Shown here: one piece after another, positions 50,377 through 60,327 of the stretch
Position numbering within the stretch: the first letter of the stretch is position 1
Layout: every line of letters starts with the position of its first letter
Origin: Thermoplasmatota archaeon
GTDB lineage: Archaea > Thermoplasmatota > E2 > UBA202 > JdFR-43
Length of the DNA stretch: 64,000 nucleotides
Direction: 5' to 3'
NCBI GenBank assembly: GCA_029259055.1
Contig: JAPDJP010000014.1
Location: 5,935 to 69,934 of the forward strand
Made by a program: the position numbers and the translations under genes
Notes under the pieces: model-generated
The model's input: the letters and a program-made list of their open reading frames with translations, nothing else
The model's database searches: none
What the model was told of the DNA's origin: nothing

Positions 50377-51247
50377 AATGGCTATATGGGCGGATGAAAA
50401 TATAAGGCTGCTTGTTCAAGGCATTACAGGGCATCAGGGACGTTTTCATACAAAAGCCATGATGGAATTTGGAACGAAAATCGTAGCTGGGGTGACGCCT
50501 GGCAAAGGCGGACAAGAGGTTCATGGAGTGCCAGTTTATGATAGTGTTGAAGAAGCCATGGAAATGAAGCCGAATGCAAGCATTGTTTTTGTTCCAGCCC
50601 CTTTTGCTAAAGATGCTGTTATCGAAGCATTAGATGCGGGAATAAAGCTTATTGTTGTAATAACGGAAAATATTCCTTTCCATGATACAATGCAATTTAT
50701 ACACTATGCAATATACAAAAAAGCCCGTATCATCGGACCAAATTGTCCTGGTATAGCTTCTCCAGGAAAAACAAAGATTGGAATTTTTCCAAATGTAATA
50801 TTTAAGAAAGGAAATATTGGAGTGGCTTCCCGCTCTGGAACATTAACCTATGAAATTGTAAATGCTTTGAGCAAAGAAGGCTTAGGGCAATCAACATGTG
50901 TCGGCTTAGGAGGAGACCCTATTATAGGTTCAACATTTATCGATGCTCTAAAAGCTTTTGAAAAAGATGATGAAACGCATGCAATTGTTTTGGTTGGAGA
51001 AATTGGGGGCACAGCAGAAGAAGAAGCTGCTGAATATATAGAAGCAAATGTAAGCAAGCCAGTATATGCGTATATAGCTGGGAGAACAGCTCCTCCTGGG
51101 AAAAGAATGGGGCATGCAGGAGCCATCATATCTGGTAAAAAAGGGACGGCAGAATCAAAGATAAAAGCTTTTGAAAAAGCTGGCGTAAAAGTTGCTCGTT
51201 TTCCTCATGAAATAGCAAAGTTAATTAAAAATGATAAGAGAATTTAA
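50369..51247 (+). CDS. sucD: succinyl-CoA synthetase alpha subunit
   Basis: [13 protein letters not shown]...VTPGKGG...phospho-His region GHAGAI. Confidence 0.85.
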   Translation: MVKMAIWADENIRLLVQGITGHQGRFHTKAMMEFGTKIVAGVTPGKGGQEVHGVPVYDSVEEAMEMKPNASIVFVPAPFAKDAVIEALDAGIKLIVVITENIPFHDTMQFIHYAIYKKARIIGPNCPGIASPGKTKIGIFPNVIFKKGNIGVASRSGTLTYEIVNALSKEGLGQSTCVGLGGDPIIGSTFIDALKAFEKDDETHAIVLVGEIGGTAEEEAAEYIEANVSKPVYAYIAGRTAPPGKRMGHAGAIISGKKGTAESKIKAFEKAGVKVARFPHEIAKLIKNDKRI

Positions 51248-51719
51248 GGGGAAAAGACCAAAAATAAGCAATGCCATTGTTGATGAACTGGCAATTCTTA
51301 TTGGAAACGTTATAATAAAAGATGGTGCGAATATATGGCCCCATGCAATGTTGAGGGCAGATGAAGAAGAAATTATAATAGAAGAAAATGTCGCCATATT
51401 AGAAAAAGCATTTATTGAAGCTCCAAAAAAAGTTGTAATTGGAAAAAACAGTGTAATATCTCACGGAGCAATAATTCATGGCGCAACTATAGGAGAAAAT
51501 GTTCTTATTGGTATAGGGGCTATCGTTCTGGAAGTAAATGTTGGGAAAAATAGCATAATTGCTGCTGGTTCCGTCGTTACAAAAGACGTTGAAGAAAATT
51601 CTTTTGTAGCTGGGATACCTGCTAAAAAATTAAGAGGAATAAAAGAGGAGGAAATTAAAAAAATAAAAGAAATTGTGGAGGAATTAAAGGAAAAGGCGAG
51701 ATATTTAAAAATGGGCTAA
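51231..51719 (+). CDS. gamma-class carbonic anhydrase/left-handed beta-helix (hexapeptide) protein
   Basis: Hexapeptide repeats with His ligand pattern ([22 protein letters not shown]). Confidence 0.6.
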   Translation: MIREFKGKRPKISNAIVDELAILIGNVIIKDGANIWPHAMLRADEEEIIIEENVAILEKAFIEAPKKVVIGKNSVISHGAIIHGATIGENVLIGIGAIVLEVNVGKNSIIAAGSVVTKDVEENSFVAGIPAKKLRGIKEEEIKKIKEIVEELKEKARYLKMG

Positions 51720-51728
51720 TTTAATTTT

Positions 51729-52343
51729 ATGAAAGAAATCACCATAGAAGGAAGGAAACTTTACTTATTGCCAGTAATTCATGGGTTGGTAGGAGAAGAA
51801 GAAAAAGTAAAAAAAGCTTTTGAAGATTTCAGCCCAGATTGTATTGCAATAGGTATTTCCCCAGAAGATATTGAAATAATGGGTAAAATAGATGATACAG
51901 AAGAATATGAAATATCTTTCCAACATCAATGTTATTTAATGCATCTTTCCAATTATGGCAAGATTTCTCTCCCACCTTTGGATATTAAAGTGGCTTATGA
52001 ACTAGCTAAAAAAAATAAGATACCAATTTTAGCAATTGATATAAATGATGATGAGTATGCTGATTTACTCACTCAAAATGTTTCGATATTTTCCTTGATT
52101 AGACATTCCAGAAAAATAAAAAAATTAGCAAAGAAAAAGTTCAAAGCAAAAAATGCGAAAGAATTTGTAATGGAATGGGACAGGGAGATAAATTCAATAA
52201 AAGCTTTTAGAAAAATAGAAGAGATAAGGGAGGAAAGGATGACGCACAATCTTATTAAACTCTGTAAGAATTACAAGAAAATTTTGGCTATAATCCCATT
52301 TGAAAAATACGATGGAATTAGGAAAAGATTGGAAGATATGTAA
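51729..52343 (+). CDS. TraB/GumN-family-like protein (tentative)
   Basis: LYLLPVIHGLVG...PDCIAIGISPED and REERMTHNL reminiscent of TraB family. Weak. Confidence 0.3.
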   Translation: MKEITIEGRKLYLLPVIHGLVGEEEKVKKAFEDFSPDCIAIGISPEDIEIMGKIDDTEEYEISFQHQCYLMHLSNYGKISLPPLDIKVAYELAKKNKIPILAIDINDDEYADLLTQNVSIFSLIRHSRKIKKLAKKKFKAKNAKEFVMEWDREINSIKAFRKIEEIREERMTHNLIKLCKNYKKILAIIPFEKYDGIRKRLEDM

Positions 52344-52362
52344 AAGAAAGTTATAAAAGATA

Positions 52363-53700
52363 ATGGCATATTACCAACCAATGAGAAAAAAAGTAATAAT
52401 AATGGGGGCTGCGGGAAGAGACTTTCATAATTTCAATGTTTTTTTCAGAAATAATAAAGAATATGAAGTAATTGCTTTTACAGCTGCACAAATTCCAAAT
52501 ATTTCTGGGAGGAGATATCCAAAGGAGCTTGCAGGCGAACTTTATCCAAATGGCATACCAATTTATAGCGAGGATGAACTTCCAGATTTAATAAAGAAAC
52601 ATGGAGTGGATGAAGTTATCTTTTCATATACAGATGTTTCATATCAATATGTAATGAATAGATGCTCCATTGTAAATGTTGCTGGGGCAGATTTTAAATT
52701 ATTGAGTCCAGAGCATACAATGCTTAAATCAAAAAAACCTGTTATTGCAGTATGTGCTGTAAGGACGGGATGCGGAAAATCCCAATTTTCAAGAAAAATT
52801 TTCGAAATTTTGGCTAAAAGATGTAAAGTTGTGGCAATAAGACATCCAATGCCATATGGAGATTTAGCAAAGCAAAAATGCCAAAGATTTGCAAGTTATG
52901 AAGATTTAGACAGGCATGAATGTACCATAGAGGAAAGAGAAGAATATGAGCCGTATATTGATATGGGGGGCGTAGTATATGCGGGTGTTGATTATGAAGA
53001 AATCCTAAAAGAGGCTGAAAAAGAGGCAGATGTAATCATATGGGATGGAGGAAATAATGACTATCCATTTTATAAACCTGACTTGCATATTGTAATCGCT
53101 GATCCTCATCGAGCGGGACATGAACTTTCATATTATGCTGGAGAAATAAACTTGAGGATGGCTGATGTTGTCATTATAAATAAAATTGATACAGCAAAGG
53201 ATGAGGATATAAAGAAAATAGAGAAAAATGTTAGGAATGCCAATCCAAAAGCAAAAATAATCAAAGCTACGTCCCCTATAAAAATTGAAGGTGATATAAA
53301 AGGAAAAAGAGTCTTGGTCGTAGAGGATGGCCCCACTTTAACACATGGAGAAATGAAATTTGGTGCTGGAACAATAGCAGCCATGAAAGAAAATGCCGAG
53401 ATAATTGATGCAAGAAAATATGCTGTTGGTTCCATTAAAGAAACTTTTGAAAAATATTCTCATCTAGAAAAAATATTGCCAGCGATGGGATATGGAGAAG
53501 AGCAAATAAGGGATTTAGAAAAAACAATAAATTTGGCGGATTGCGATGTTGTTTTAGCTGCAACACCTATTGATTTAAAAAGAATCATAAAAGTGAATAA
53601 GCCAATTATTAGGGTAAGATATGGAGTGGGGGAAGAAGCAGAAAAAGAGTTAGAAAAAATAATCGAGGAGTTTCTAAAAAATGTTGATTTTTCCAGCTAA
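52363..53700 (+). CDS. cpgS: cyclic 2,3-diphosphoglycerate synthetase
   Basis: About 445-aa protein with N-terminal KVIIMGAAGRDFHNFN and P-loop-like CAVRTGCGKSQ. Matches my recollection of COG2403 cPGS. Confidence 0.65.
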   Translation: MAYYQPMRKKVIIMGAAGRDFHNFNVFFRNNKEYEVIAFTAAQIPNISGRRYPKELAGELYPNGIPIYSEDELPDLIKKHGVDEVIFSYTDVSYQYVMNRCSIVNVAGADFKLLSPEHTMLKSKKPVIAVCAVRTGCGKSQFSRKIFEILAKRCKVVAIRHPMPYGDLAKQKCQRFASYEDLDRHECTIEEREEYEPYIDMGGVVYAGVDYEEILKEAEKEADVIIWDGGNNDYPFYKPDLHIVIADPHRAGHELSYYAGEINLRMADVVIINKIDTAKDEDIKKIEKNVRNANPKAKIIKATSPIKIEGDIKGKRVLVVEDGPTLTHGEMKFGAGTIAAMKENAEIIDARKYAVGSIKETFEKYSHLEKILPAMGYGEEQIRDLEKTINLADCDVVLAATPIDLKRIIKVNKPIIRVRYGVGEEAEKELEKIIEEFLKNVDFSS

Positions 53701-54840
53701 CAATTCATCTTTTATCTCTCCCAATTTTTCTAATCTTTCCCTCACAATTTCTTCCACCCCTGAATCTACTTTTCCTCCAATTATTCCAATTCCCACCACT
53801 AATGGGTCAGTAATTGGTCTACCTATCTGAGACAGCATTTTAACATATGCTTCTTCCACATCATAATTTTTTACTATATCATCTGCTATTCTGGTAGCTG
53901 TTATATTGTAGAGTTTGCCAACATGTGTTACCGGGTTTTTTCCAGCAGCCGCCTCCATCGATACCGGGCGGTTCGGAGTAATTAAACCATTTATTCTGTT
54001 TCCTCTTCCTACTGAGCCATCGTCTCCATTTTCCATTGATAAGCCGGTAACAGTTAAATAAAAAATTCCTTTTTCATAATCATCTGCGGTATTTATGGCA
54101 AGGCTCACATCTTTATCTGTAAATTTTTTGGCAAAATCTAGTAAATCTTCCGCTACTTCTTCCTTTACACTTATATAATGGTCTGCATCTGGAATATATT
54201 TATCAACCATTGCTATTGCAACTGTAACATTTATCCTATCTTCTACTCTACAACTCATTACTTTAACATCCTGTCCTAATTCGGGATAGCTACTTTTTAA
54301 ATTGATGTTTATATATCTTTCCATTTGTAAAGTTAGCTTTTCTGTTTCAGAAAGAGGAGCATATCCAGCACCAACTGATGTATCATTTGCTAATCTTCTA
54401 CGTGGGTCATAAACGCTTTTTAAATCTTGACTGCCTTCCCATATTTTACAATCTATTATAACATCTGTATCTGCATTTAAATCTGGGAAATTCTTTTCTA
54501 AATATTCATGAGCTGCTCTAACAGCAATGGCCCTTATAGGCATTCTCTTATTTCCAAATAATGCTGTTGCTCTCCCTACAAGCAGTATATAGGCTGGTTC
54601 AATAATTACTCCTCCTCCAAATGAGGGTTGTGATTGTCCCCCTACAATTTGGCATTCATCCGTATTATGATGCAAAATATAACCGAAGTGCTGTAGATAT
54701 TCTTTACATAAAGCTCTTGATACGCTTTCCGCTAATCCATCAGCTATTGAATCGGGATGGCCTATTCCTTTTCTTTCTACTATTTCAACTTTTTGTTTTT
54801 CAACTGGGATGCTATTTAGATTTTCAATGGTAATTTTCAT
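53674..54840 (-). CDS. S-adenosylmethionine synthetase, archaeal type
   Basis: VEIVERKGIGHPDSIADGLAE signature of archaeal MAT. 388 aa. Confidence 0.8.
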   Translation of the reverse strand: MKITIENLNSIPVEKQKVEIVERKGIGHPDSIADGLAESVSRALCKEYLQHFGYILHHNTDECQIVGGQSQPSFGGGVIIEPAYILLVGRATALFGNKRMPIRAIAVRAAHEYLEKNFPDLNADTDVIIDCKIWEGSQDLKSVYDPRRRLANDTSVGAGYAPLSETEKLTLQMERYININLKSSYPELGQDVKVMSCRVEDRINVTVAIAMVDKYIPDADHYISVKEEVAEDLLDFAKKFTDKDVSLAINTADDYEKGIFYLTVTGLSMENGDDGSVGRGNRINGLITPNRPVSMEAAAGKNPVTHVGKLYNITATRIADDIVKNYDVEEAYVKMLSQIGRPITDPLVVGIGIIGGKVDSGVEEIVRERLEKLGEIKDELLAGKINIF

Positions 54841-54930
54841 AAAATGAGGATTGAAAACCTATACTTATATTTTTGTGTTTTACTTTTTCTATTATTTCTT
54901 TTTCGAGACTTTACATTAACTTTTTACATT

Positions 54931-54977
54931 AAAAGTATTTAAATATCCTTAAAAATATTCTAATTAGGTAGATAATC
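54931..54977 (+). promoter_or_regulatory. repeated promoter element copy A (TATA-like TTTAAATA)
   Basis: AAAAGTATTTAAATATCCTTAAAAATATTCTAATTAGGTAGATAATC then ATGCAA. Near-identical to copy B at 57039 and similar to copy C at 60851. Confidence 0.55.
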
Positions 54978-55370
54978 ATGCAAACGCAAAATCTGAAAAA
55001 AGTGTTTAGTGAGCATCCGGAGATCTTAGTAGCTTATCTATTCGGCTCTTTAGCAAAAGGAGAAGCAAATGAGAAAAGCGATGTAGATATAGGCATTCTT
55101 GTTAGTAAGAATTTCAAACCAGATAGATTTTACGAAGTGAAAATAGCTGAAGAGATAGAAAAAGAAGTTGGTTTAAGAAGAGTGGAGGTTGTGATATTAA
55201 ACGATAAACCCGTAAGCTTTCTTAACCAAGTCTTAAGATATGGTAAACTCATTTTCTGTAGAGATGATAAAGCGAGAGTTTCTTTTGAAACTATAGTAAC
55301 GAAAAAATTCATAGACCTTAAACCATATTTTGAAGAATATAATAAGATGAGGGTGTTGAAGTATGATTGA
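54978..55370 (+). CDS. minimal nucleotidyltransferase (MNT, HepT/MNT antitoxin-type)
   Basis: LFGSLAKGEANEKSDVDIGILV GS...DxD nucleotidyltransferase motif. 130 aa. Confidence 0.75.
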   Translation: MQTQNLKKVFSEHPEILVAYLFGSLAKGEANEKSDVDIGILVSKNFKPDRFYEVKIAEEIEKEVGLRRVEVVILNDKPVSFLNQVLRYGKLIFCRDDKARVSFETIVTKKFIDLKPYFEEYNKMRVLKYD

Positions 55371-55474
55371 TAAGGATTTAATAGAAGCTAAATTTGACAT
55401 AATAGAAACAATTCGCTTATTTAATTTCTTGAAGAAGATGCTTTGTAAAGATCTTGAAATTTCTTAAAAAGGTT
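55367..55474 (+). pseudogene. HepT (HEPN toxin) N-terminal remnant, 35 codons
   Basis: ATGA-overlapped ORF MIDKDLIEAKFDIIETIRLFNFLKKMLCKDLEIS. Resembles HepT N-terminus but lacks the Rx4HxY region. It runs into the 3' end of the convergent AbiEii gene. Confidence 0.45.
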
Positions 55475-56325
55475 TCAAATTCTTTAGTCGGTTTAACGAT
55501 AAACATGCTTCTTTCGAAAGGGTCTTCTAAAATTTCATTTCCGATATCGAAAAACTTTCTATTCTTTTCCAAGTTTTCTCTATATTTTTGATAATAAAGA
55601 GAAAAAAGTATCTTATCTATTATCTGTTGCTTTAATTTACTTACAAGAGTCAATTTTGGATCCACCACGAATATATCATAGAAATCTCTCAATTTTTGTT
55701 TCCTTCTTGTCAATATAGCTCTTATTTTTTCACAAAGGATTTCTTTTATATCGTAAACTACCACATTAAAAGGCTTATAAAATTCAAAAAAATCTTGAAA
55801 ATATGTTTTTTCGTTTCTATCTAACTTAGCGTTTGTTAATAATGTATTTGCTCTTCTTTCCTTAGGTTTAAACAAAATTTTCTCGACAAAATTTACTTGG
55901 ATCTTAATTATTTCTTCTTTATACCACATTTTAAACGTTACCATTCTTCCACCTCCTCCAAACTCAAAATATTTTTTATCCTCCAAATTAGAGAGAAAAT
56001 CGATATTCATCTTCTTTCCTACCAATTCAAGAAATTTTGCAAATTCATTTATTTTTTCTATCAGTTTCTTTCTTATCCTTTTCCTTCCTAATCCTTCCCA
56101 TATCTCCTGATTTAACCATGTAAAATCTAGATCAACACTAAACCTATAATATCCTAAATAACACTTTATCAAACAACTACCTCCCTTAAAGATGTAATTC
56201 CTTCCAAAGTTTTCTGAAATTTCTTTCAGAATTCTGTGAATTATAACATCTCTTTCAATTAACGATCTATTTTCTATTCCTGTTTTCTCGGCAATAAATT
56301 CAACAAATTCAGATAAGTCTGGCAT
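55417..56325 (-). CDS. AbiEii/DUF1814-family nucleotidyltransferase (type IV TA toxin)
   Basis: FKGGSCLIKCYLGYYRFSVDLDF core motif of AbiEii family. Confidence 0.65.
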   Translation of the reverse strand: MPDLSEFVEFIAEKTGIENRSLIERDVIIHRILKEISENFGRNYIFKGGSCLIKCYLGYYRFSVDLDFTWLNQEIWEGLGRKRIRKKLIEKINEFAKFLELVGKKMNIDFLSNLEDKKYFEFGGGGRMVTFKMWYKEEIIKIQVNFVEKILFKPKERRANTLLTNAKLDRNEKTYFQDFFEFYKPFNVVVYDIKEILCEKIRAILTRRKQKLRDFYDIFVVDPKLTLVSKLKQQIIDKILFSLYYQKYRENLEKNRKFFDIGNEILEDPFERSMFIVKPTKEFETFLRNFKIFTKHLLQEIK

Positions 56326-56935
56326 TTTCCATCATTCCTTTAACACTTTTTGGATAAAATTTCACATACTTTGCTAATCTTTTTCTATTCACTTTATTCC
56401 TGTATTCTTCAATAAAAGAAATAATCTTTTCTTCTGGTACAGACCTGTATCTAAAAATATAAATAAAATCTAGCAATGTTTTTTCAATATCGGAGAATGG
56501 AATTTCATCATTTTTAATCCCAAAGCTCAATAATTTTGGTTTTAACTTAATGAACTTCACTTTTTCTCCCATAACCTTTATTTCCTTTGCTCTGAAAATT
56601 TTATCGTTTATTATGAAGATAGTATCAAAAAATTCATGGGTTAAACCATTCAATCTTAATGCTGTGTACAAACCAAAATACCATTTTATCCTAAGTTTAT
56701 TCATTCCTAAGGAAAGAATTCGATAAATACTCAACGCTTTTTTCAATTTAAATTCTTCAATGTTCTTTACATAATATAACCCTCTCAGAATTCTTATCAA
56801 ATATCCATAGTAAATCATAAAGTTCAGTGTATTATCAATGTTTACCCTAAATCTTTTCAAGACTTTTTCTATTTCTTCCCTTTCTAAAACCTTTCCTCCA
56901 TATTCCGAAATCAAGTATTTTATCGCATTCCTCAT
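56309..56935 (-). CDS. AbiEi-like antitoxin/transcriptional regulator (tentative)
   Basis: Upstream, overlapping partner of AbiEii. About 200 aa with N-terminal wHTH-like region. Confidence 0.45.
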   Translation of the reverse strand: MRNAIKYLISEYGGKVLEREEIEKVLKRFRVNIDNTLNFMIYYGYLIRILRGLYYVKNIEEFKLKKALSIYRILSLGMNKLRIKWYFGLYTALRLNGLTHEFFDTIFIINDKIFRAKEIKVMGEKVKFIKLKPKLLSFGIKNDEIPFSDIEKTLLDFIYIFRYRSVPEEKIISFIEEYRNKVNRKRLAKYVKFYPKSVKGMMENARLI

Positions 56936-57038
56936 GATTGTTATTTATATAACAATAATTAAAAAAGTTTTTGGTTGTTATATAAATAACAAGATGGAAA
57001 TGACAATATTTTACGTCCTTTTATATATTTTACCACTA

Positions 57039-57087
57039 AAAAGTATTTAAATACTCTTAAAAATATTTCTAATTAGGGTAGATAATC
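57039..57087 (+). promoter_or_regulatory. repeated promoter element copy B
   Basis: AAAAGTATTTAAATACTCTTAAAAATATTTCTAATTAGGGTAGATAATC then ATGCAA. Confidence 0.55.
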
Positions 57088-58905
57088 ATGCAACGTACTT
57101 TACGAATTCCAAGCTTTGTAACACCAGAAGCATATTTTAAAGTCATAAGCGAAGAGTTAGCTCGCCGTATCCTTTCTCGACCTTACGAAGCAGATGCTTC
57201 TTTTTCCACTTACTCACAAGCTTTACCAAGCATAGAAAGTGAATATGTTACTCCTAGCAATATTTGTGTTTCTTATAATATTAATGGTAAGCCAACTTTG
57301 GAGCAATTGATTGATGGATTACCTTCAGAAGAAGAAAGAGGGATAGAGAAGATTTACAATTCGTTAAGCGAGGGGAAAAGGAAAGAGCTGTATGATGTTC
57401 TTTTCTATGATAAGCTTATTACCGATGTTGCTGATAGAAGTGAGATTAAAGAGCTTAGAAATAAAATCTACTTTTCTGAAATTGGTAAGAAAAGCAGAAA
57501 GGAAGTGAAAAGGAAAATAAGGGAGGAGATTGAGCGATATTTAGAGAATAACGTTAAGCCCATTATAGAAGAATATAGAAAAGAACTTCTTTCTCGAGCA
57601 AATGGAGAGAGCGATTTAACCAACGTAATTAATGAAATCTTTTCTCCTCAAAATGCAGGCGATTACCTAAGAGCTTTAGAATACATAAAGAAAATCGGAT
57701 TTCACAATTTTCTAGAAGAACTCGTGTTTGAAAACGAAAATCCTTCTTCTCCTGTTGAATATCTCCACGAAGCCATTGCAAGCGATGCAATGGCTGATTA
57801 TTTGCTAAGGAAAGGACTGTATCATATTAGCAAAGATGGTGCTCTTGAAAGAGCAAGCAGCTATGGAGAAATATTTCACAAGCTCTCTAAGCAAGAAAGA
57901 AAAAAAGTCAAGGAATATGAAAAGAAGCTTGGGTTGAGGAAGAGCAAGGCATTTGCAATTGGAGCTGCAAGCATTATATTAGGAGCGATAGGAGCAGCAG
58001 CTTATCATGCCTACAAAAGCGGAGAAAAGCTTAAAGGAGATGGCTCTTACTTTTTCCACAACCCTAATGATTACATAAAATATCTAAAATCAATATGGAA
58101 CAAACACAGCAACGATATTGACAACGATCGTATTCCTAATGATGTTGAGGAAAAGTATGGGTTGGATATGTTTGATGGAAAGGATGCCTGGAAAGATAAC
58201 GATGGTGACAAGTTTCCTGATTGGTTTGAAGAAAAGGTAAGTGGAACAGACCCAGTCATTCCAAATCATAGATGGGCGATCTTGGAGCATGGATTTAATA
58301 AAGGTGGGATAGGGTTATACAAAATATTTACTAAAAAATTAGGGGAGAAGGAGGTTCCTTGGGAGGCTTCGGGTTTAGGTTTCGATAAAGACAAAGTCAT
58401 ACTCCTTAAAGGTCCTAATGCAACATTTCAGAATTATCTTGATGCCATAAATGAAACGAAGCAAAAAATTTCTCCGAATGATTTTTTGGTGATAAGGATA
58501 TATGGGCATGGAGCTGAAGGGTGGTTTGGTTTTAATAACGGGAGCGAATTAAAAGATGATTATACGTCAGATTTGCATCAATATTCTGAAATAATAAAAC
58601 CAATAGAGGATGTTGAATGTGATCGTATAATCTTTTTTATAGACGCTTGTTATAGTGGTTCGGCAATACAATCATTTAAAAAAGCTTTATTTAAGTCTCC
58701 TATTATTGTATATACAAGTGGGAAAAGCGACGAAACAACTGCACCTCATATCGACAATTTTCTAAAAGCATTAGATGATAAAAAGCGGATAGAGATGGAA
58801 ACTATTTTATTTCCCTTTATGAAGCTTATAAAAGTGTATACGATGAAGTTTCAACATTTAAATATGAACCAGACTATCCTCAACAATACGATCCTTTTAA
58901 TTTAG
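57088..58905 (+). CDS. single-pass membrane protein: cytoplasmic N-domain, TM, DxDGD Ca-like motifs, extracellular legumain/GPI8-like (C13) peptidase domain
   Basis: TM AFAIGAASIILGAIGAAAYHAY at about aa 290. DNDGDKFPDWFE. His in RIYGHGAEGWF and Cys in IIFFIDACYSGSAI, paralleling legumain HG and EACESGS catalytic dyad. Confidence 0.6.
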   Translation: MQRTLRIPSFVTPEAYFKVISEELARRILSRPYEADASFSTYSQALPSIESEYVTPSNICVSYNINGKPTLEQLIDGLPSEEERGIEKIYNSLSEGKRKELYDVLFYDKLITDVADRSEIKELRNKIYFSEIGKKSRKEVKRKIREEIERYLENNVKPIIEEYRKELLSRANGESDLTNVINEIFSPQNAGDYLRALEYIKKIGFHNFLEELVFENENPSSPVEYLHEAIASDAMADYLLRKGLYHISKDGALERASSYGEIFHKLSKQERKKVKEYEKKLGLRKSKAFAIGAASIILGAIGAAAYHAYKSGEKLKGDGSYFFHNPNDYIKYLKSIWNKHSNDIDNDRIPNDVEEKYGLDMFDGKDAWKDNDGDKFPDWFEEKVSGTDPVIPNHRWAILEHGFNKGGIGLYKIFTKKLGEKEVPWEASGLGFDKDKVILLKGPNATFQNYLDAINETKQKISPNDFLVIRIYGHGAEGWFGFNNGSELKDDYTSDLHQYSEIIKPIEDVECDRIIFFIDACYSGSAIQSFKKALFKSPIIVYTSGKSDETTAPHIDNFLKALDDKKRIEMETILFPFMKLIKVYTMKFQHLNMNQTILNNTILLI

Positions 58906-59043
58906 CTAATAAAACATATTTGGCTCCTATTGTGGCGAAGGAATAACGATCAGTAGAATTGTGCTACTAATACTTCAATTGTTAATTTAAACAAAATCAA
59001 GAATAAGAAAATTTAAATAAATCCTTAGGTAAAAAATAAAATT

Positions 59044-59481
59044 ATGAAAAAGAAATTTCTAGTTGTAGTAGTACTTCTTTTTTTAATAGCCTTTACAAAG
59101 AATGTTTATGCTGCATGTAAAATTTCTTGTTATACTTGTAGTCCCTTCCAGGGTTGTCCTCAAATTCCATCTGGATGCTGGTATGAAGAAGGAAATTATG
59201 TAGAAAGAATATGTATAGTTGGAGATGTAAGTTACGGTCCTGGCGATGGGCAGGAAGAGGGTTGTGTAGATGCGGGAGATTACTGGGGATGTTCGTGTTA
59301 TGATCCTCAAGGATACTGCGGAAATGAGATTTGTTTAGCTACAAGTGAGGGATATAACGGAGCGACATGCGAAATAAAAGATCGATGCTTTTGGAGTGGT
59401 TGTGGTTGGAAAACTGTATCTGGTAAATGGGATGCATCTGAAGATAAATGTGTAAAATGTGATAGTAAAATAAAGAAATAG
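59044..59481 (+). CDS. secreted cysteine-rich small protein (signal peptide, about 24 Cys)
   Basis: MKKKFLVVVVLLFLIAFTKNVYA signal. Mature part dense in Cys/Gly/Asp/Tyr. Confidence 0.6.
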   Translation: MKKKFLVVVVLLFLIAFTKNVYAACKISCYTCSPFQGCPQIPSGCWYEEGNYVERICIVGDVSYGPGDGQEEGCVDAGDYWGCSCYDPQGYCGNEICLATSEGYNGATCEIKDRCFWSGCGWKTVSGKWDASEDKCVKCDSKIKK

Positions 59482-60296
59482 GAATTTTAGGAGATACTTC
59501 AGGAATATACGTCGGTTGTGGAGATGATAATCCCAACTCTGGCAATGGGCTATGCGAATCTGCATGTAATGAAACGGTTGCTCCAGAATGTGACGAACAT
59601 CCTCCTGGCTATCCATGTGGAACAAACAATCCCCATGCAACATGGGGGGTTTGTTGCTACGATGAGCTAACTGGAGAAACTTTTTGCGCAAGATCAGAGA
59701 ACTGCGGTCCTCCTGATGACGAAGTGAATACAGGGATTCCTTGTGATAACACAGAGGATTGTGTGACTTGTACCAATGAATGTAAATGTCCAGTACAACC
59801 ATGTGAAGATGAATGTACCTATGGAAAAAAAAGATGTAGTGGTTCTGTAGCTCAGCAATGTGGAGATTGTGACGATGATCCTTGTTATGAATGGTGTGAT
59901 GTTGAAGATTGTTCCAGCAAGTGGGATAAGTGGACATGTAAGCCTGGAACAACCAAACGTTGTTGGAAAGATGGATATTGTAGTAATGGAAACTGTTATG
60001 CAACCTATTCTTCTTGCTCTTGGTACAAAGATTGTGGTGCAGAGTGTGAAGCTGGAGATACAAAAACATGCCCTGATGGAACTGTTGTGAGTTGTGATAC
60101 TTCAACATGTACATTTCCAAGTTGTCCTTCTGAAATCCCAGAAGGAGCTATAAGAGTCTTCGTAACGTCTAAACAATATAGAGGAGATCTTGGTGGATTA
60201 GGTGGAGCGGATGCAAAATGTCAGGCGAGGGCTGACAATGTAAAAAGCATTAATCATTCGATAATCATCCGAGAATTATCTGATGAAGAAACATAA
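59469..60296 (+). CDS. cysteine-rich protein segment without own ATG; probable frameshifted continuation of 59044..59481
   Basis: Frame is open from 59469, 13 nt before the stop of the upstream Cys-rich ORF. No ATG until far downstream (track start 59724 is GTG). Same Cys-rich composition. Confidence 0.45.
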   Translation, partial: NKEIGILGDTSGIYVGCGDDNPNSGNGLCESACNETVAPECDEHPPGYPCGTNNPHATWGVCCYDELTGETFCARSENCGPPDDEVNTGIPCDNTEDCVTCTNECKCPVQPCEDECTYGKKRCSGSVAQQCGDCDDDPCYEWCDVEDCSSKWDKWTCKPGTTKRCWKDGYCSNGNCYATYSSCSWYKDCGAECEAGDTKTCPDGTVVSCDTSTCTFPSCPSEIPEGAIRVFVTSKQYRGDLGGLGGADAKCQARADNVKSINHSIIIRELSDEET

Positions 60297-60327
60297 TACG
60301 TTGATCTCTTTATCAATATGTTTTCGT

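Noticed and set aside
59335-60120. 261-aa minus-strand ORF rich in His/Tyr/Leu
   Set aside because: It is exactly antisense to the Cys-rich secreted gene and its composition is a mirror artefact of TGT/TGC/GAT-rich coding sequence. No start context.
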